The notes beneath the pieces were generated by a model, which was not told the DNA's origin, searched no databases, and saw only the letters and a list, made by a program, of their open reading frames with translations. From Deltaproteobacteria bacterium (lineage in GTDB: Bacteria; Myxococcota_A; Polyangia; Nannocystales; Nannocystaceae), in assembly GCA_016709225.1 (NCBI GenBank), contig JADJEE010000012.1, positions 2,115,630 to 2,179,629 of the forward strand: a stretch of DNA of 64,000 nucleotides. The letters run 5' to 3'. How positions within the stretch are numbered: the first letter of the stretch is position 1; every line of letters starts with the position of its first letter. This document shows positions 38,701 to 47,669 of the stretch, one piece after another. Both the position numbers and the translations under genes were made by a program.

Positions 38701-39202
38701 CTCGATGCTCGGCGTGATGGTGTTGTTCGGCGTGGTGAAGAAGAACTCGATCCTGCAGATCGATCACATGCGGACGCTGCGTCGCAAGGGCCTCTCCCGC
38801 GCCGACGCCGTGATGATCGGCAACCGCGATCGACTGCGGCCCATCCTCATGACGACGATCGCGTTCGTCGCCGGCATGGTCCCGCTGCTGGTCTCGAGCG
38901 GCGCGGGCTCGGGCACCAACCGTGCGATGGGCTCGGTCATCGCCGGCGGCCAGACGCTGTCGCTGCTGCTCACCCTGGTCGCCACGCCGGTCATCTACAG
39001 CTGGCTCGACGACCTCGCGCACTCGCGGGTCGCCGGCTGGATCGGCACCGGGCTGAGCTGGCCGTTGGTGCAGATCGATCGCCTGGTGAGTCGCAAGCCA
39101 CAGCCGCACCCGGTGGTGACGCAGACGAGCAAGACCGTGCCGGCTCCCGCGGCCCCGCGGACGCGGGCGCATCGCCCCGAGCCAGACGATCGCGACGGCT
39201 AG
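35765..39202 (+). CDS. RND multidrug efflux permease, HAE1 (AcrB/MexB-like) family, with a roughly 70-aa insertion between the two repeat halves and a C-terminal tail
   Basis: It has 12 TM segments with two large periplasmic loops, and AcrB-like motifs. An aggaa RBS lies upstream of the ATG. At 1145 aa it is about 100 aa longer than canonical AcrB. The extra sequence is PVRPQHPAGEAAPMAPHDVGHPVAAAVTVPLDDDDMGFIPDP… after TM6. Confidence 0.9.
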   Translation: MQWLARICVRHPVFTWVLVLALSVFGIASVSELGVDRFPKIDFPAIVVTTVLPGASPEQIETEVTERIEEQLNSIAGLDELTSNSYEGFSVVMARFDLEKSLGEASEEVRDRVARVVSTLPEGVEQPRVERIDPDAAPVMLVAVRSTRSLLEVTDYADRVIRRRIESLGGVGGISLSGSREREIQVVVDPRKLAGVDLTVRDVQRALAAENVEIPGGNVDQGERTLQLRVAGRIADPREFEAIPVALRGGTVIRIRDVAAVRDVGRDPESFATIDGESVVVLNVRKQSGANTVAVVEALRERIAEVEREIPPSYRLEIVRDESEFISNSIHAVEEHLVIGSIFAALVVLAFLRNGRSTIIAALAIPISIISTFTLINALGLTLNMITLLGLTLSVGIVIDDAIVVLENIVRFIEEKGYSPSRAAVVATQEIGLAVLATSLSLIAVFLPIAFMSGIIGRFMGSFGFTMSFSILVSMFVSFTLTPMLCARWLKGPVRPQHPAGEAAPMAPHDVGHPVAAAVTVPLDDDDMGFIPDPAPGDRKLERAEFRAWARGERTVAQVLAAGGHQEHNGRFYRLLETGYLRLLAWSMRYRWAVAIVLVAAMASLGPLIKATPKNFLPNEDESRFEITIRAPEGTALAQTALFGERLARAVKTQPEVTTTVLTVGAPAGDLSGRGPNQASLYVRMIPADQRELSQDEFIVKVREEVLAGVLPDDVTVLISPIAPFGGSGQQAAPVQYIISGPDIAKLDEYTQEMLRRVREIPGVSEASTSLITGRPAYAVRVDRRRAADLGVSIAEVANALRLLVGGLAVSDFSESGERYDVIVRAELGARGRPEQIAQMTVASQTGRPVRLSDVATIEETTGPAVITHFGRERQATIFINTLPGSSEQDIIDALERIRVELDLEPGYRGQLYGRSRELGRAMQSFLVAVILSFTFMYLVLAAQFESWLLPVTIMASLPLTLPFAVFSLLVLGQSLNLYSMLGVMVLFGVVKKNSILQIDHMRTLRRKGLSRADAVMIGNRDRLRPILMTTIAFVAGMVPLLVSSGAGSGTNRAMGSVIAGGQTLSLLLTLVATPVIYSWLDDLAHSRVAGWIGTGLSWPLVQIDRLVSRKPQPHPVVTQTSKTVPAPAAPRTRAHRPEPDDRDG

Positions 39203-39240
39203 CAGCGAGAAGCGGCGAGCGGCCGCGCGCTGCTAAGCCT
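39203..39240. terminator. inverted repeat between the convergent RND permease and DUF2167 genes (putative bidirectional terminator)
   Basis: tagcagcg…cgctgcta arms flank a gcggccgcgcgc core. Confidence 0.3.
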
Positions 39241-40522
39241 TGCGCTTGCGGAAGATCGCACCCACCGCGGCGACGATGCCAGCGCCCAGCAGCAGCAGCA
39301 GCTTCTTGCCCGCGAGCAAGACCTTGAAGAGGCCCGCGAGCAAGCCGGTCTTGAGCAGCACCTTGCCGGCGATGAGCCCACCGATGCCGTACGCCGCGAC
39401 CTGGTCGATGTCGGGATCGAAGTCGTCGTAGCGCGCGCCCTGCTCGAAGGTGACCTTGGCCAGCAGCGTCTCCATCGCGGGATCGATCTGCTCGAGCTGG
39501 TCCATGGTGCCGACCGCGTTCAGCGACAGCACGCCGGTGCGACCGAGCACGCGCACGTCGTAGTTGAGCGTCGCGGGTGCGTCGGGCGTGTGCAGCTCGC
39601 GGGCCCAGTACAGCCGGTGGTGCTCGGCGTCGTAGTGCGGCGTCTTGGCCCAGCCGGCGAGGGTCAGGGACGGCAGGCCGGCGGCCTCACGCGCGCGGTT
39701 GTCGGCGGCGTCCTGCGTGCGCATCTGTGCCAGGAGCTCGTCGTAGTCGATGTCCTCGGCGTCGTCGTCGTCGACGTGGCCGTCGGCGACGTAGGTCACG
39801 ACCACGCCGAAGCCGTCGCGCGCCGACACACCCATGCCCGCGGGCACGATCATCCCGAGCGGCTTGGCGTCCGACGGCGGGTTCGACCACGCCTCGGTCA
39901 GCACGCGCTCGGCGTCGTCCGGCCCGAGGAAGCGAAAGCCCTCGCCGAGCTCGAGCGTGGCGCCGGCATCGGGCAGCGCGATGCTGCCGTGCTGGTAGCT
40001 CAGCTGGGCCTCGAAGGCAGCCCCGGCGGCGGCATCGAAGGCCTCGAGCAGCTCGCGGTCCTCCGGGCTCGCGGCGGCAGGGCCCTGCTCGATGAGCGCC
40101 TGCAACCGCGGCATCGGCATGGCCTCGATGCGGGCACGCAGCGGGGCCGGGAGCTGGGTCACCAGCGCAGCGAGCTCGGGGTTGGCACCGGCCGCCTCAC
40201 CGACCGTCTGCACCGCGGTCATCAGCGCCACGACGGTCTCCTGCTCGTAGGTCCGGCTGTGCTCGGGCGTCATGAACGCGGCGTCGAAGGCCTCGGTCGT
40301 CATCGCCTCGATGCGCGTGCGCACCTCGGCGTCGAGCCGCGCGAGCTGTGCGGCGAGCACCGGATCCTCCTTGGCCGCCGCCGCGATGGTGCCTGCGGCG
40401 GGCTCCGGGGCCGCCTCGACGACCTCGGCCGGTGCCTTCGAACGCTTGGGCTTGGCCTGCGCGAGCGAACCCGCGGCGAGCACGAGGGAACAACCGACCA
40501 TCCAGGTCGCGACGTTGCGCAT
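39233..40522 (-). CDS. DUF2167-like exported protein with a C-terminal membrane anchor
   Basis: The ATG at 40522 gives MRNVATWMVGCSLVLAAGSLAQA (signal peptide). The C-terminus AAYGIGGLIAGKVLLKTGLLAGLFKVLLAGKKLLLLLGAGIVAAVGAIFRKRKA is a TM helix plus a basic tail. Confidence 0.65.
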   Translation of the reverse strand: MRNVATWMVGCSLVLAAGSLAQAKPKRSKAPAEVVEAAPEPAAGTIAAAAKEDPVLAAQLARLDAEVRTRIEAMTTEAFDAAFMTPEHSRTYEQETVVALMTAVQTVGEAAGANPELAALVTQLPAPLRARIEAMPMPRLQALIEQGPAAASPEDRELLEAFDAAAGAAFEAQLSYQHGSIALPDAGATLELGEGFRFLGPDDAERVLTEAWSNPPSDAKPLGMIVPAGMGVSARDGFGVVVTYVADGHVDDDDAEDIDYDELLAQMRTQDAADNRAREAAGLPSLTLAGWAKTPHYDAEHHRLYWARELHTPDAPATLNYDVRVLGRTGVLSLNAVGTMDQLEQIDPAMETLLAKVTFEQGARYDDFDPDIDQVAAYGIGGLIAGKVLLKTGLLAGLFKVLLAGKKLLLLLGAGIVAAVGAIFRKRKA

Positions 40523-40680
40523 GGTGCCGAGCATGGAGGATCGCAGCGGGCCTGACAACCTGACCCCGCGCGAACGAGCGAGGAACGTGGTCGACACGCA
40601 CCCGTTCGTGTTCCAACCGAAGTCACGCGCGCGTCGGCCCCGGCTCGCGGTGTGGACAGTCGCCCGCGCGGGCGCGTAGC

Positions 40681-41739
40681 GTGCGGGACGTGCGTCTTGC
40701 CTCGCTCGCACTCGCTGCCCTCGCGCTGGTCGCCTGCCACCGCGCGACGGCGTCCCCATCGACCACCACGCCGTCGAGCATGGTGGTGGCCATGCCAGCA
40801 CGCGCGACGGTGGACCCGACGCCGGCGCCCACCGACGCGACGCCGCAGCCGATCCGCGTGGCGATCACCGTCGACGATCTGCCCTCGCACGGCCCGCGTC
40901 CCCCCGGCGTCACTCGGCTGCAGGTGCACGAGCGATTGCTCGCGGCGTTCGCGGCCCACCACGTGCCGCAGGTGTACGGCTTCATCAATGGCGGTCGCGA
41001 GGCCGACGGCGACGACGAGCGCGCGTCGCTGGCCGCGTGGGTCGCCGCCGGCCAGCCGCTTGGCAATCACACCTTCTCGCATCCGCGGCTGCGCGACATC
41101 GGCCTGGCGGCGTACCTGAAGGAGATCGACGCCAACGAGGCCGTGCTCGCGCCGCTCATGGGCGACGATCGCTGGCGGGTGTTCCGCTATCCCTACCTCT
41201 TCGAGGGCACCGATCGCGCCACCACCACGGCGATCCGCGAGCACCTCGCGAAGACCCGGCATCGCGTCGCCGAGGTCACGATCGACTTCTACGACTGGGC
41301 GTTCAACCCGCCCTACGTGCGCTGTCTGGCCAACCACGACGACACCGCCGTGCAGGCGCTGCGCGACACGTTCCTGCGCCACGCCATCCGCGTGCTGCAG
41401 TGGAACGAGGCCGCGAGCCGAGAGATCTGGGGCCGCCCGGTGGCGCACATCCTGTTGCTGCACGTCGGCGCGTTCGATGCCGAGATGATCGAGCCGCTGC
41501 TGCAGGCGTACGAGGACCTGGGCGTGCAGTGGATCTCCCTCGACGAGGCGCTCGAGGACCCCATCTACGCGCACGTTCCGACCGCCGACGGCGTCACCCA
41601 GGGCACGCTGGTCGATCTGGCCATCGAGGTGGAGCACGCGCCGCATCCACCATGGTTCGAGCACCCCGATGCACTGCTGGCTGCGCTGTGCAAGGAGCCG
41701 CAGCCGCCCCAGCCGCGACCCTCGAGCCGGCGTCGATGA
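40681..41739 (+). CDS. polysaccharide deacetylase (NodB-homology, CE4 family) lipoprotein
   Basis: A GTG start gives VRDVRLASLALAALALVAC (lipobox). The NodB motifs are TVDDLP (Asp-Asp) and HTFSHP (His-His metal site). Confidence 0.75.
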   Translation: MRDVRLASLALAALALVACHRATASPSTTTPSSMVVAMPARATVDPTPAPTDATPQPIRVAITVDDLPSHGPRPPGVTRLQVHERLLAAFAAHHVPQVYGFINGGREADGDDERASLAAWVAAGQPLGNHTFSHPRLRDIGLAAYLKEIDANEAVLAPLMGDDRWRVFRYPYLFEGTDRATTTAIREHLAKTRHRVAEVTIDFYDWAFNPPYVRCLANHDDTAVQALRDTFLRHAIRVLQWNEAASREIWGRPVAHILLLHVGAFDAEMIEPLLQAYEDLGVQWISLDEALEDPIYAHVPTADGVTQGTLVDLAIEVEHAPHPPWFEHPDALLAALCKEPQPPQPRPSSRRR

Positions 41740-43016
41740 GCCCAAGCGCGGGGCTACGGCGCGTGGTCGGGATCCCCGGCGCCATCGCGATGGGCCTGGG
41801 CTCGATCGTCGGCACCGGCATCTTCGTGAGCATCGGACTGGCCGCCGAGATCGCCGGCGCGGCGGTGCTGCTCGCGGTGGTGCTGGCTGCGTGCATCGCC
41901 GCGGCCAACGGCCTCTCGAGCGCGCAGCTGGCCGCGGCCCACCCGGTCAGCGGTGGCACCTACGAGTACGGCCATCGCTACCTGTCGCCCGCCTGGGGCT
42001 TCACCGCGGGGTGGATGTTCCTGTGCGCCAAGTCGGCGAGCGCCGCCGCGGCTGCGCTCGCGCTCGCCGCCCACGTGCTGCAGCGACTCGGCCACGACGG
42101 CGCGCTGCCCCGCAGCGGACTCGCGCTCGGCGTCGTCGCGCTGCTGACCTTCGCGGTCGCCGGCGGCATGCGCCGCTCGAGTCGCATCAACGCGGTGATC
42201 GTCGGCACCACCGTGTTGGCCCTCGGAGCACTGGTCGCCACCGGCACGCCGGTCGCGCTCGCGCGCGGCGTCCATCCCGGCGTGCTCGACGATCTGCGCG
42301 CCGGCTCGGCGGCGTCGCTGCTGCACGCCACCGCGCTGATGTTCGTCGCGTACACCGGCTACGGCCGCATCGCGACCCTCGGCGAAGAGATCCGAGAGCC
42401 GGCGCGCGACATCCCGCGGGCGATCCTCGCGACCCTCGGGCTGTCGGCGCTGCTGTACACCGCCGTCACCTGGGTCGCGATCGCCACGCTCGGGGCCCCG
42501 GGGCTGGCGGCACACACCCGCGACACCGCGGCCCCGCTCGAGGCGGTCGCGGCCGCGATCGCACCGGCGTGGCTACCCACGGTGGTCGCCGTCGGTGCGG
42601 TCGCGGCGATGGCCGGCGTGGTGCTGAACCTGCTGCTCGGCGTGTCGCGGGTGGTGCTGGCGATGGCGCGGCGCGGCGATCTGCCGACCGGGCTCGCCGC
42701 GGTCGAGGGCGTCCACGCATCGCCGGTGCGGGCGGTGCTCGCCACCGGGTCCGCGATCGCGGTGCTCGTCGCGGTGGGCGATCTGCACGCGGCGTGGAGC
42801 TTCAGCGCGTTCACGGTGTTGGTCTACTACGGCATCACCAACCTCGCGGCACTGCGGCTGCCAGCCCACGAGCGTCGGTTTCCGCGGGCGATTGCGGTGT
42901 TCGGCCTACTCGCATGTATCGGTGTCGCGGTGTTCATCCCGTGGCACACCTGGCTCGTCGGCGTCGCGCTGCTCGGCCTGGGTGCGCTCGGTCGTCGACT
43001 CGCCCGTCGCACCTGA
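41736..43016 (+). CDS. APC-family amino acid permease
   Basis: The ATG at 41736 overlaps the deacetylase stop (ATGA). There are 12 TM segments. The N-terminal GAIAMGLGSIVGTGIFV and SGGTYEYG motifs are typical of APC transporters. Confidence 0.8.
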   Translation: MSPSAGLRRVVGIPGAIAMGLGSIVGTGIFVSIGLAAEIAGAAVLLAVVLAACIAAANGLSSAQLAAAHPVSGGTYEYGHRYLSPAWGFTAGWMFLCAKSASAAAAALALAAHVLQRLGHDGALPRSGLALGVVALLTFAVAGGMRRSSRINAVIVGTTVLALGALVATGTPVALARGVHPGVLDDLRAGSAASLLHATALMFVAYTGYGRIATLGEEIREPARDIPRAILATLGLSALLYTAVTWVAIATLGAPGLAAHTRDTAAPLEAVAAAIAPAWLPTVVAVGAVAAMAGVVLNLLLGVSRVVLAMARRGDLPTGLAAVEGVHASPVRAVLATGSAIAVLVAVGDLHAAWSFSAFTVLVYYGITNLAALRLPAHERRFPRAIAVFGLLACIGVAVFIPWHTWLVGVALLGLGALGRRLARRT

Positions 43017-43073
43017 CCATCCGATCATTTGACCCCGCGGGTCCGGCCGCGCGAGGCTTGGTGCAACCTGGGC

Positions 43074-46000
43074 ATGGACGCACCGCGAACACTGCGATCA
43101 CTCGCGAAGGACCTCGGGCTGGAGTGGATCGACGGGCCCGCGACCGCCACGCTCGAGGCCGACATCGCCCGCGCGAATCGAGCGTTCGACAGGAACGACC
43201 ACGAGAAGATCGGCTTCGGCGCCAGGGATGTCAGCACGGCCGGTGCGCTCGTGGGCGCGCTCGCGTCGCTGGTGCGCAAGCCCAACCTCGCGCCGATGCT
43301 CGCGCGCGTGCGTGCTCGCGTCGACGAGGTCACGCCGGCCGAGGGCGAGCCCACCATCGACGTCGGCGTCGGCGAAGCCATCGCCCGGGCCGCCCGCGAC
43401 GACACCGACCGCGTCTTCGACGACCTCTTCCTCGCCCGCGCGCTCCTCGAGCAACCCGGCGAGCTCGTGCACGGCGGTCTCGCGCCGTTCGGGCTCTCGG
43501 CCGAGGCGCTACGGCGCGGGCTGGACGATGCACTCGCGCTCGAGCTCGACGGCGAACGCGATCGACCGCTCGCCGACAACCAACGCGAGCTCGACGACGC
43601 GGTGTTCCGTGCCGCCGGCCGTCGGCTCGGCGACCTCGGCGAGGCCGCGCGGTGGCTCGAGCGCGGCCACGACGGCGACGAGGCGATGTACGCCGCCGGT
43701 AGCCCGAGCGCGCGACGCATCGGCTCGCACCGCGCGCTGCGACGACACGCGCGCAGCAACGGTGAGCTCCGCCTGGTGCCGCGGTTGCTGGCCGATTTCG
43801 CGTTCTCGGACGCGGCCCGCGAGGTGCTGGGGCTGGCCGATCGCTTACGCGGCGATGCTCGACACGTCCACGTCGAGCACCTGATGGTCGCGCTCTACGA
43901 CGCCAAGGCGAGTCCCGCCCGCGCGGCGTTCGATCGAGCCGGCGTCTCGCGCGACGCCATGCTCGCGCGGCTGCACGGCAGCGAGCTCGCCGAGCAGCGC
44001 TCGGCAACCTACGTCGCCAGCGAGCGCGTACCGCCGCTGTCGTCCCATGCCGCGCTCGCGCTGGTCCACGCCGCGCGGCACGCCGCGAACCGCGGCGATG
44101 CGACCCTCCGCGGTCGCGATCTGCTCACCGGCGTGTTCGCGGTCGAGGGCTGCCACATCGTCGAGAAGTTCACCGACGTCCGCGTCGCGCTGGCCAGCGG
44201 ACCCGCGCCCGCGCGCGAGCCCGACGAGACTCGGACCCCCGCCGCGCCGCAGCATCCGATGGTCGTCGCGTCGAGCGTGGCGCGCTTCGGCGGCGACGGC
44301 CTCGACGGCCCCGACGTGCTCGGCTTCACGCTCGAGGTCGATGCGCTCGCGCGCTTGATTGCCTCGGAGGGCATCGATCCGCCGCTGTCGATCGGGCTCT
44401 TCGGTGAGTGGGGCTCGGGCAAGAGCTACTTCATGCGACGCCTGCGCGAGCGGATCGAGCAGCTCGCGGCCGCCACCCGCCGTCGCCGTGAGCGCGACGA
44501 CGTGCCGCCACCGGCGTACGTGGGCCACGTGGTGCAGGTCGAGTTCAACGCGTGGAACTACGTCGAGGTCGATCTGTGGGCGAGCCTGGTCGCGCACATC
44601 TTCGATCGGCTGCACGCCCACGTGATCGACGAGCCCGGCCTCGAGCAGCGCCAGTGGGAGAGCTTGCTGCACCGCCTCGACGACGCCGAGAACCGCCGCC
44701 ACGATGCCAAGCAGGCGCTCGAGCTGGCGCAAGCGCGGCTCGACATGCGCCGCCGCGAGCAGGCGGCCCGCGAGCGCACGCTCGCCTATCAGATCGAGAT
44801 CCTCCGCCGCCACGCCAAGCTCAAGCGACCGATCGCGGAGATCGAGGGCACGCTCGGCATCGCGGCCGCGCGCGAGTTGTGGGACGCGATCGTGCTCCGC
44901 AGCAGCCGCGCGACCGCGGTCATCAAGGCCATGCCCGACTCGCTGCGGGCGGCACGATCGCTGTTCACCGGTCCGGCAGCGTGGTGGCTCATGGCTGCGA
45001 TCGTGCTCGTGATCGGCGGCTTGCTGCTGGCGCGCCAGCTCGAGTGGCTGCCCGATCTCGCGGCGGTGGCCGCCGCGATGCCGCTGCTGCTGGCGTGGGT
45101 GCGCAAGGCGCTCGGCCGTAGCGACGCGCTGCTCGCCGCCATCGAGGCGTTCCAAGAGGGGCTGCTCGAGCTCGAGCGCTCGAAGCAGGAGGTCGATCGT
45201 GAGGCACTCGAGCGCCTGCGCGACGACGCGATGGCGGTCGAACAGGCCCGCGCCGAGCACGACGCCGAGCGGGCGCGCGTCGACTCGTTGCGCGACGAGA
45301 TCGCGCGGCTGTACCCCGGTGAGCAGCTCGCCGATTTCCTGGCCGATCGCGCGGCCAGCAGCGACTACCGCCGCCACCTCGGCCTGCCCGCGCTGGTGCG
45401 ACGCGACTTCGAGCGGCTCGGCCGACTGGTGCGGCCGCACACCCACCGCCTACCACGCGATCACGTGACCGGCCTCGCACTGGCCCAGGCGCCGCAGCAC
45501 CTACTCGACATGCTGCATCGCCTCGAGCCCGACGCGACCGAACCGTTCGAGGTCGTGCGAGTCGAGCGGTCCGGCGACCGCGTGCGAGCGTTCGCACCCG
45601 ACGGGCGCTGCGCGATCTTCAGTTGCTGCGAGCCGATCGAGGGTGACGAGCACCCTGCGCCCTACGAGATCGATCTGCGCTCCGTCGACGACGAGCCGCT
45701 CGGGGGCCCCCGCGACGAGCTGGGCCGCCTGGGTCGGCGCGTGCCGGAGCGCCTGGTCGACGGCCTGCGACCCGCGATGATTCCCGCGCGTCTCGCCGAG
45801 CTGCTGCGCCGCGATGCGCCGCTGCGGGGCGAGCGACTCGTGCACGACACCACCCTCGACCGCTGGGTGCTGACCGATCACGACGGCGCCCGCCGGGTCG
45901 AGATCGGCTTCGACGGCGAGCTCGCGATCGTCGAGATCGGTTGGCCGATGCACCCGACGATCGAGCGCATCGTGCTGTACATCGATGATCTGGATCGCTG

Positions 46001-47123
46001 CCCGCCCGAGCGCGTGGTCGAGGTGCTGGGCGCGGTGCACCTGCTGCTGGCGTTCCCGCTGTTCGTGGTGGTGGTGGCCGTCGACGAGCGCTGGCTGGTG
46101 GGCTCACTCGAGGATCAGCACGCCCAGCAGCTGCGACCCGCCGCGGCCCCGAACGCCGGCAACACGCTCGCGATGGGCGCGTTCGACGGTCTCGCGACCC
46201 CCCGCGACTACCTCGAGAAGATCTTCCAGATCCCGTACTGGGTGCCGCGCATGACCACCGCGTCGGCGCGCGACCTCATCGCCGACATGGTCGCGCAGGG
46301 CGAGCGCATCGAGCTGCCGCGCGCCGACCCGACCCGCGTGGTGTGGGTGGATCGCCCGCGACCGAGCTCGACGCCGCCGCCCGCGGACGGCCCCCTGCCC
46401 GAGGCCGAGACCGCGCCGGCCGAGGTCCCGGGCCCCGACGTGGAGGACGAGCCGAGCGGTGGCAGCGTCCCGGGACCCGACGTCGAGTCCAGCGAGGGTG
46501 ACGACGGCGGCATGCCGGGCTTCATGAGCCTCGCCGGTACCGCGGTGAGCAACGCGGTCGAGGCGATCTCGGAGGCGTTCTCCGGCGCCGCCGAGCCCAC
46601 CGCCGCGCCGACGACGGACGACGAGTCGGGCGCCGACGACGAGCTGCTCCGCGTGCAGCCGATCTCGATCGGCGAGCGCGAGCGACTGGCGCTGCAGGCC
46701 CTGGTGCCGTTGGTGCAGAAATCGCCGCGCGCGGTGAAGCGCTTCGTCAACGTCTATCGCGTCATCCGCAGCACGCTCGGTGATCAGGCCGACGTCTTCA
46801 TGCAGCACGACGACGACGAGGTGCCGTTCGGACCCGCGACCGTGCTCATCGCGATGATGGTCGGCGACCCCGAGGCCGGCGCCTCGTTGATCGCCGCGCT
46901 CGAGCAGGACGGTGACGACGACGGCTCGCTGCACGACAGCATGCAGCGGTGGATCGACGCCAAGCCGACGCTCGGCGAGGCCACGAGCATGGCGCTCACG
47001 CTCGCGCTGACTCGCGCCGGCTGGGCTCGGCAGCGTCGGGTCGATCTGCGGGGCGTGGTCGGTCGCGTGCGCCGCTTCTCGTTCGGCGCGCGCAACCTCG
47101 GCGTCGGCCAGCAGCGACACTGA
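43074..47123 (+). CDS. KAP-family P-loop NTPase with a roughly 430-aa N-terminal region of Clp-N-like helical repeats and an acidic low-complexity C-terminal extension
   Basis: The Walker A is LFGEWGSGKSYFM, the Walker B is IVLYIDDLDRC, and the KAP C-terminal motif is KRFVNVYRV. TM helices inserted in the NTPase fold are AAWWLMAAIVLVIGGLLLARQ and LPDLAAVAAAMPLLLAWV, which is the KAP hallmark. The N-terminal repeats, e.g. HVHVEHLMVALYDAKASPARAAFDRAGVSRDAMLARL and ALALVHAARHAANRGDATLRGRDLLTGVFAVEGCHIVEKF, resemble the ClpA/B N-domain repeat. The track start is a TTG at 43029; the first ATG is at 43074. Confidence 0.8.
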   Translation: MDAPRTLRSLAKDLGLEWIDGPATATLEADIARANRAFDRNDHEKIGFGARDVSTAGALVGALASLVRKPNLAPMLARVRARVDEVTPAEGEPTIDVGVGEAIARAARDDTDRVFDDLFLARALLEQPGELVHGGLAPFGLSAEALRRGLDDALALELDGERDRPLADNQRELDDAVFRAAGRRLGDLGEAARWLERGHDGDEAMYAAGSPSARRIGSHRALRRHARSNGELRLVPRLLADFAFSDAAREVLGLADRLRGDARHVHVEHLMVALYDAKASPARAAFDRAGVSRDAMLARLHGSELAEQRSATYVASERVPPLSSHAALALVHAARHAANRGDATLRGRDLLTGVFAVEGCHIVEKFTDVRVALASGPAPAREPDETRTPAAPQHPMVVASSVARFGGDGLDGPDVLGFTLEVDALARLIASEGIDPPLSIGLFGEWGSGKSYFMRRLRERIEQLAAATRRRRERDDVPPPAYVGHVVQVEFNAWNYVEVDLWASLVAHIFDRLHAHVIDEPGLEQRQWESLLHRLDDAENRRHDAKQALELAQARLDMRRREQAARERTLAYQIEILRRHAKLKRPIAEIEGTLGIAAARELWDAIVLRSSRATAVIKAMPDSLRAARSLFTGPAAWWLMAAIVLVIGGLLLARQLEWLPDLAAVAAAMPLLLAWVRKALGRSDALLAAIEAFQEGLLELERSKQEVDREALERLRDDAMAVEQARAEHDAERARVDSLRDEIARLYPGEQLADFLADRAASSDYRRHLGLPALVRRDFERLGRLVRPHTHRLPRDHVTGLALAQAPQHLLDMLHRLEPDATEPFEVVRVERSGDRVRAFAPDGRCAIFSCCEPIEGDEHPAPYEIDLRSVDDEPLGGPRDELGRLGRRVPERLVDGLRPAMIPARLAELLRRDAPLRGERLVHDTTLDRWVLTDHDGARRVEIGFDGELAIVEIGWPMHPTIERIVLYIDDLDRCPPERVVEVLGAVHLLLAFPLFVVVVAVDERWLVGSLEDQHAQQLRPAAAPNAGNTLAMGAFDGLATPRDYLEKIFQIPYWVPRMTTASARDLIADMVAQGERIELPRADPTRVVWVDRPRPSSTPPPADGPLPEAETAPAEVPGPDVEDEPSGGSVPGPDVESSEGDDGGMPGFMSLAGTAVSNAVEAISEAFSGAAEPTAAPTTDDESGADDELLRVQPISIGERERLALQALVPLVQKSPRAVKRFVNVYRVIRSTLGDQADVFMQHDDDEVPFGPATVLIAMMVGDPEAGASLIAALEQDGDDDGSLHDSMQRWIDAKPTLGEATSMALTLALTRAGWARQRRVDLRGVVGRVRRFSFGARNLGVGQQRH

Positions 47124-47131
47124 CGCTGGCG

Positions 47132-47653
47132 TCACGCGCCCGGATCGAGCTCGCCGGGTGGCGGATCGGTGCCCGGCGGCTTGCTCGGCCCGCCTTCGCT
47201 GGGATCGAGCTGACCGGGGGCGCCGCCGCCGGGCGATGGCACCTCGACGGTGTGCAGCTGACACCCGCCGCAACTCTGGCCGTCGTCGGAGATGCCCGAG
47301 CACTGACCGCTGCAGGTGAGCACGCGGTCGCTGCCGCCCGCCTCGCAGGCCTGGGCCTCGCTGCACCCACTGGCGCAGCGACACTGGAAGCCGGTCACGC
47401 CGTCGTCGAGGTAGACGACGCCGTTCTTCGGATCGATTTCGTAGTCGACGCCATCGGCGAGCACGATCTCGGTGGTGGACTTGACGGCGTAGGTCTTGGT
47501 CTGGGAGCCGACCTGCACGACGTCGTCGTCGCTGCACTCGGTGACGTCGTCGAGCTTGCCGCCGCGTAGCTCGAGACTGTCGTCGTCGTCGAGCGCCGCG
47601 CAGCCGAGGCCGCCCAAGAACATCGAGAGGAGGATCGAGGTGGTGTAGCGCAT
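47132..47653 (-). CDS. small Cys-rich secreted lipoprotein (paralog A) with a Pro/Gly/Asp-rich C-terminal tail
   Basis: The ATG at 47653 gives MRYTTSILLSMFLGGLGCAALDDDDS (lipobox). The core QCRCASGC…C…LTCSGQCSGISDDGQSCGGCQLH has 8 conserved Cys. The tail is GQLDPSEGGPSKPPGTDPPPGELDPGA. Confidence 0.6.
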   Translation of the reverse strand: MRYTTSILLSMFLGGLGCAALDDDDSLELRGGKLDDVTECSDDDVVQVGSQTKTYAVKSTTEIVLADGVDYEIDPKNGVVYLDDGVTGFQCRCASGCSEAQACEAGGSDRVLTCSGQCSGISDDGQSCGGCQLHTVEVPSPGGGAPGQLDPSEGGPSKPPGTDPPPGELDPGA

Positions 47654-47669
47654 GGGTGCTGGCTCCGCT

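Noticed and set aside
39590-41745. Plus-strand ORF 39590..40555 and minus-strand ORF 40300..41745
   Set aside because: They are antisense to DUF2167 and to the polysaccharide deacetylase respectively, with an Arg/Gly-rich composition.
43845-47537. Minus-strand ORFs of 533 and 477 aa
   Set aside because: They are antisense to the KAP NTPase gene.
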